Part shown: piece after piece, positions 61,985-64,000 of the stretch
Position numbering within the stretch: the first letter of the stretch is position 1
How the letters are laid out: the number at the start of each line of letters is the position of its first letter
NCBI GenBank assembly: GCA_964016885.1
Contig: OZ024741.1
Location: 38,564,001-38,628,000 of the forward strand
Length of the DNA stretch: 64,000 bases
Reading direction: 5' to 3'
Source of the DNA: Eledone cirrhosa
Lineage: Eukaryota
Position numbers and translations under genes: made by a program
Notes under the pieces: generated by a model
Told to the model about the DNA's origin: nothing
What the model saw: the letters and a program-made list of their open reading frames with translations, nothing else
Databases searched by the model: none

Positions 61985-62125
61985 CATAAAGTTATGGCCC
62001 TTTACGTTCTGAGTTCAAATCCCGCCGAGGTTAACTTTGCCTTTCTTCCTTACGGGGTCGATAAAATAAAGTACCAGTAATGTACTGGGTAATTGCTGGC
62101 CTTGTGCCTAAAAGTAGAAACAATT
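61985..62125 (+). mobile_element. tRNA-derived SINE fragment (MetaSINE-like core)
   Basis: GAGTTCAAATCCCGCCGAGGTTAACTTTGCCTTTC..GGGGTCGATAAAATAAAGTACCAG. Confidence 0.75.
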
Positions 62126-62249
62126 ATCATTATCCCCATGATCGTCATCACCAGATCACCAGTGTCACCTTCATCGTCAATAAATCACCGCCATCAACAT
62201 CATTATCACCACGACCACCATGACCACTGTTACCACCACTCCCATCATC

Positions 62250-63647
62250 ATCAGCCAACTAACCAATCAATCAGTCAGTCAACCAGCCAACCAACCAGCC
62301 AACCAAGCAACCAACCAACCAACCAGCCAGACAACCAACCAACCAACCACCCAACACACCAACCACCCAACCCACCAACTAACGAACCAGCCAACCAACG
62401 AACCAACCCACCAACAAACCAACCAGCCAACCAACCAACCCACCAACCAACCAACCCACCAACCAACCAACCCACCAACCAAACAACCAACCAACCACCC
62501 AACCCACCAACCAACCAACTACCCAACCCACCAACCAACCAACCAACTAACCAGCCAAACCAACCAACCAACCAGCCAACCAACCAACCAATCCACCAAC
62601 CAACCAGCCAACCAACCACCCAACCCACCAACCAACCAACCAACCAACCAACCAACTAGCCAACCAGCCAACCAGCCAACCAACCAGCCAACCAACCAGC
62701 CAACCAACCAACCAGCCAGCTAGCCAACCAACCAACCAACTAATCAACCAACCAACCAGCTAGCCAGCCAACCAACCAACCAAACAAACAAACAACCAAC
62801 CAACCAACCAACCAGTCAGTCAACCAACTAACCAACCACCCAACCAACCAGCCAACCAACCAACCAACCAACCAACCAGCCAGCTAGCCACCAACCAACC
62901 AACTAATCAACCAACCAACCAGCTAGCCAGCCAACCAACCAACCAAACAAACAAACAACCAACCAACCAACCAACCAGTCAGTCAACCAACTAACCAACC
63001 ACCCAACCAACCAGCCAACCAACCAGCCAACCAACCGGCCAGCCAACCAACCAACCAACCAGCCAACCAACCAACCAGCCAACCAACCACCCAACTAACC
63101 AACCAGCCAACCAACCAACCAACCAACCAGCCAACCAACCACCCAACCAACCATCCAGCCAGCGAACCAACCAGCCAACCAACCGGCCAGCCAACCAACC
63201 AACCAACCAACCAGCCAACCAACCACCCAACTAACCAACCACCTAACCAGCCAGCCAACCAACCAGCCAACCAACCGGCGAGCCAGCCAACCAACCAACC
63301 AACCAACCACCCAACCAACCACCCAACCAACCGGCCAGCCAACCAACCAACCAACCAACCACCCAACCAACCACCCAACCAACCGGCCAACCAACCGGCC
63401 AGCCAGCCAACCAACCAACCAACCAACCAACCACCCAACCAACCACACAACCAACCGGCCAACCAACCGGCCAGCCAGCCAACCAACCAACCAACCAACC
63501 ACCCAACCAACCACCCAACAAACCAGCCAACCAACCGGCCAGCCAGCCAACCAACCAACCAACCAACCACCCAACCAACCAGCCAACCAACCAGCCAACC
63601 AACCGGCCAGCCAGCCAACCAACCAACCAACCACCCAACCAACCAAC

Positions 63648-63679
<32 letters not shown>

Positions 63680-63739
63680 CAGCCAACCAACCGGCCAGCC
63701 AGCCAGCCAACCAACCAACCACCCACCCAACCAACCAAC

Positions 63740-63771
<32 letters not shown>

Positions 63772-63811
63772 CAGCCAACCAACCAACCAACCAACCACCC
63801 AACCAACCAAC

Positions 63812-63843
<32 letters not shown>

Positions 63844-63903
63844 CAGCCAACCAACCGGCCAGCCAGCCAGCCAACCAACCAACCAACCACCCAACCAACC
63901 AAC

Positions 63904-63935
<32 letters not shown>

Positions 63936-64000
63936 CAGCCAACCAACCAACCAACCAACCACCCAACCAACCAACCAACCACCCAACCAACCAACCAACC
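62250..64000. repeat. (ACCA)n tetranucleotide array running off the window
   Basis: Seen directly. Confidence 0.97.

Overview
This is an AT-rich eukaryotic intergenic or intronic window saturated with microsatellites. The repeat content suggests a mollusc, probably an octopus-type cephalopod (inference). I see no host protein-coding gene, rRNA, true tRNA or CRISPR array, and almost all ORF-track entries are translated simple repeats. The window holds one intact RTE-clade LINE (APE-RT-3x C2H2, 1181 aa), two decayed sister copies and a bipartite non-autonomous RTE derivative. It also holds three Penelope-like elements, R4/Dong-like, Tx1/L1 and CRE fragments, a DD37D (maT) transposon, Chapaev3, hAT and Helitron relics, and tRNA-derived SINEs. 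The strongest non-obvious signal is non-coding: about six distinct families of type-I hammerhead ribozyme motifs. These include a 702-bp tandem array with one intact hammerhead per unit, 430-nt and 316-nt partial-tandem retrozyme-like units, a U3-A8 core variant in a Penelope pLTR, and many short foldback elements. Second, three R4-like insertions all sit within (TATG)n tracts, the same repeat that forms the RTE 3' tail. All folds and alignments were made by eye and need computational and experimental confirmation.
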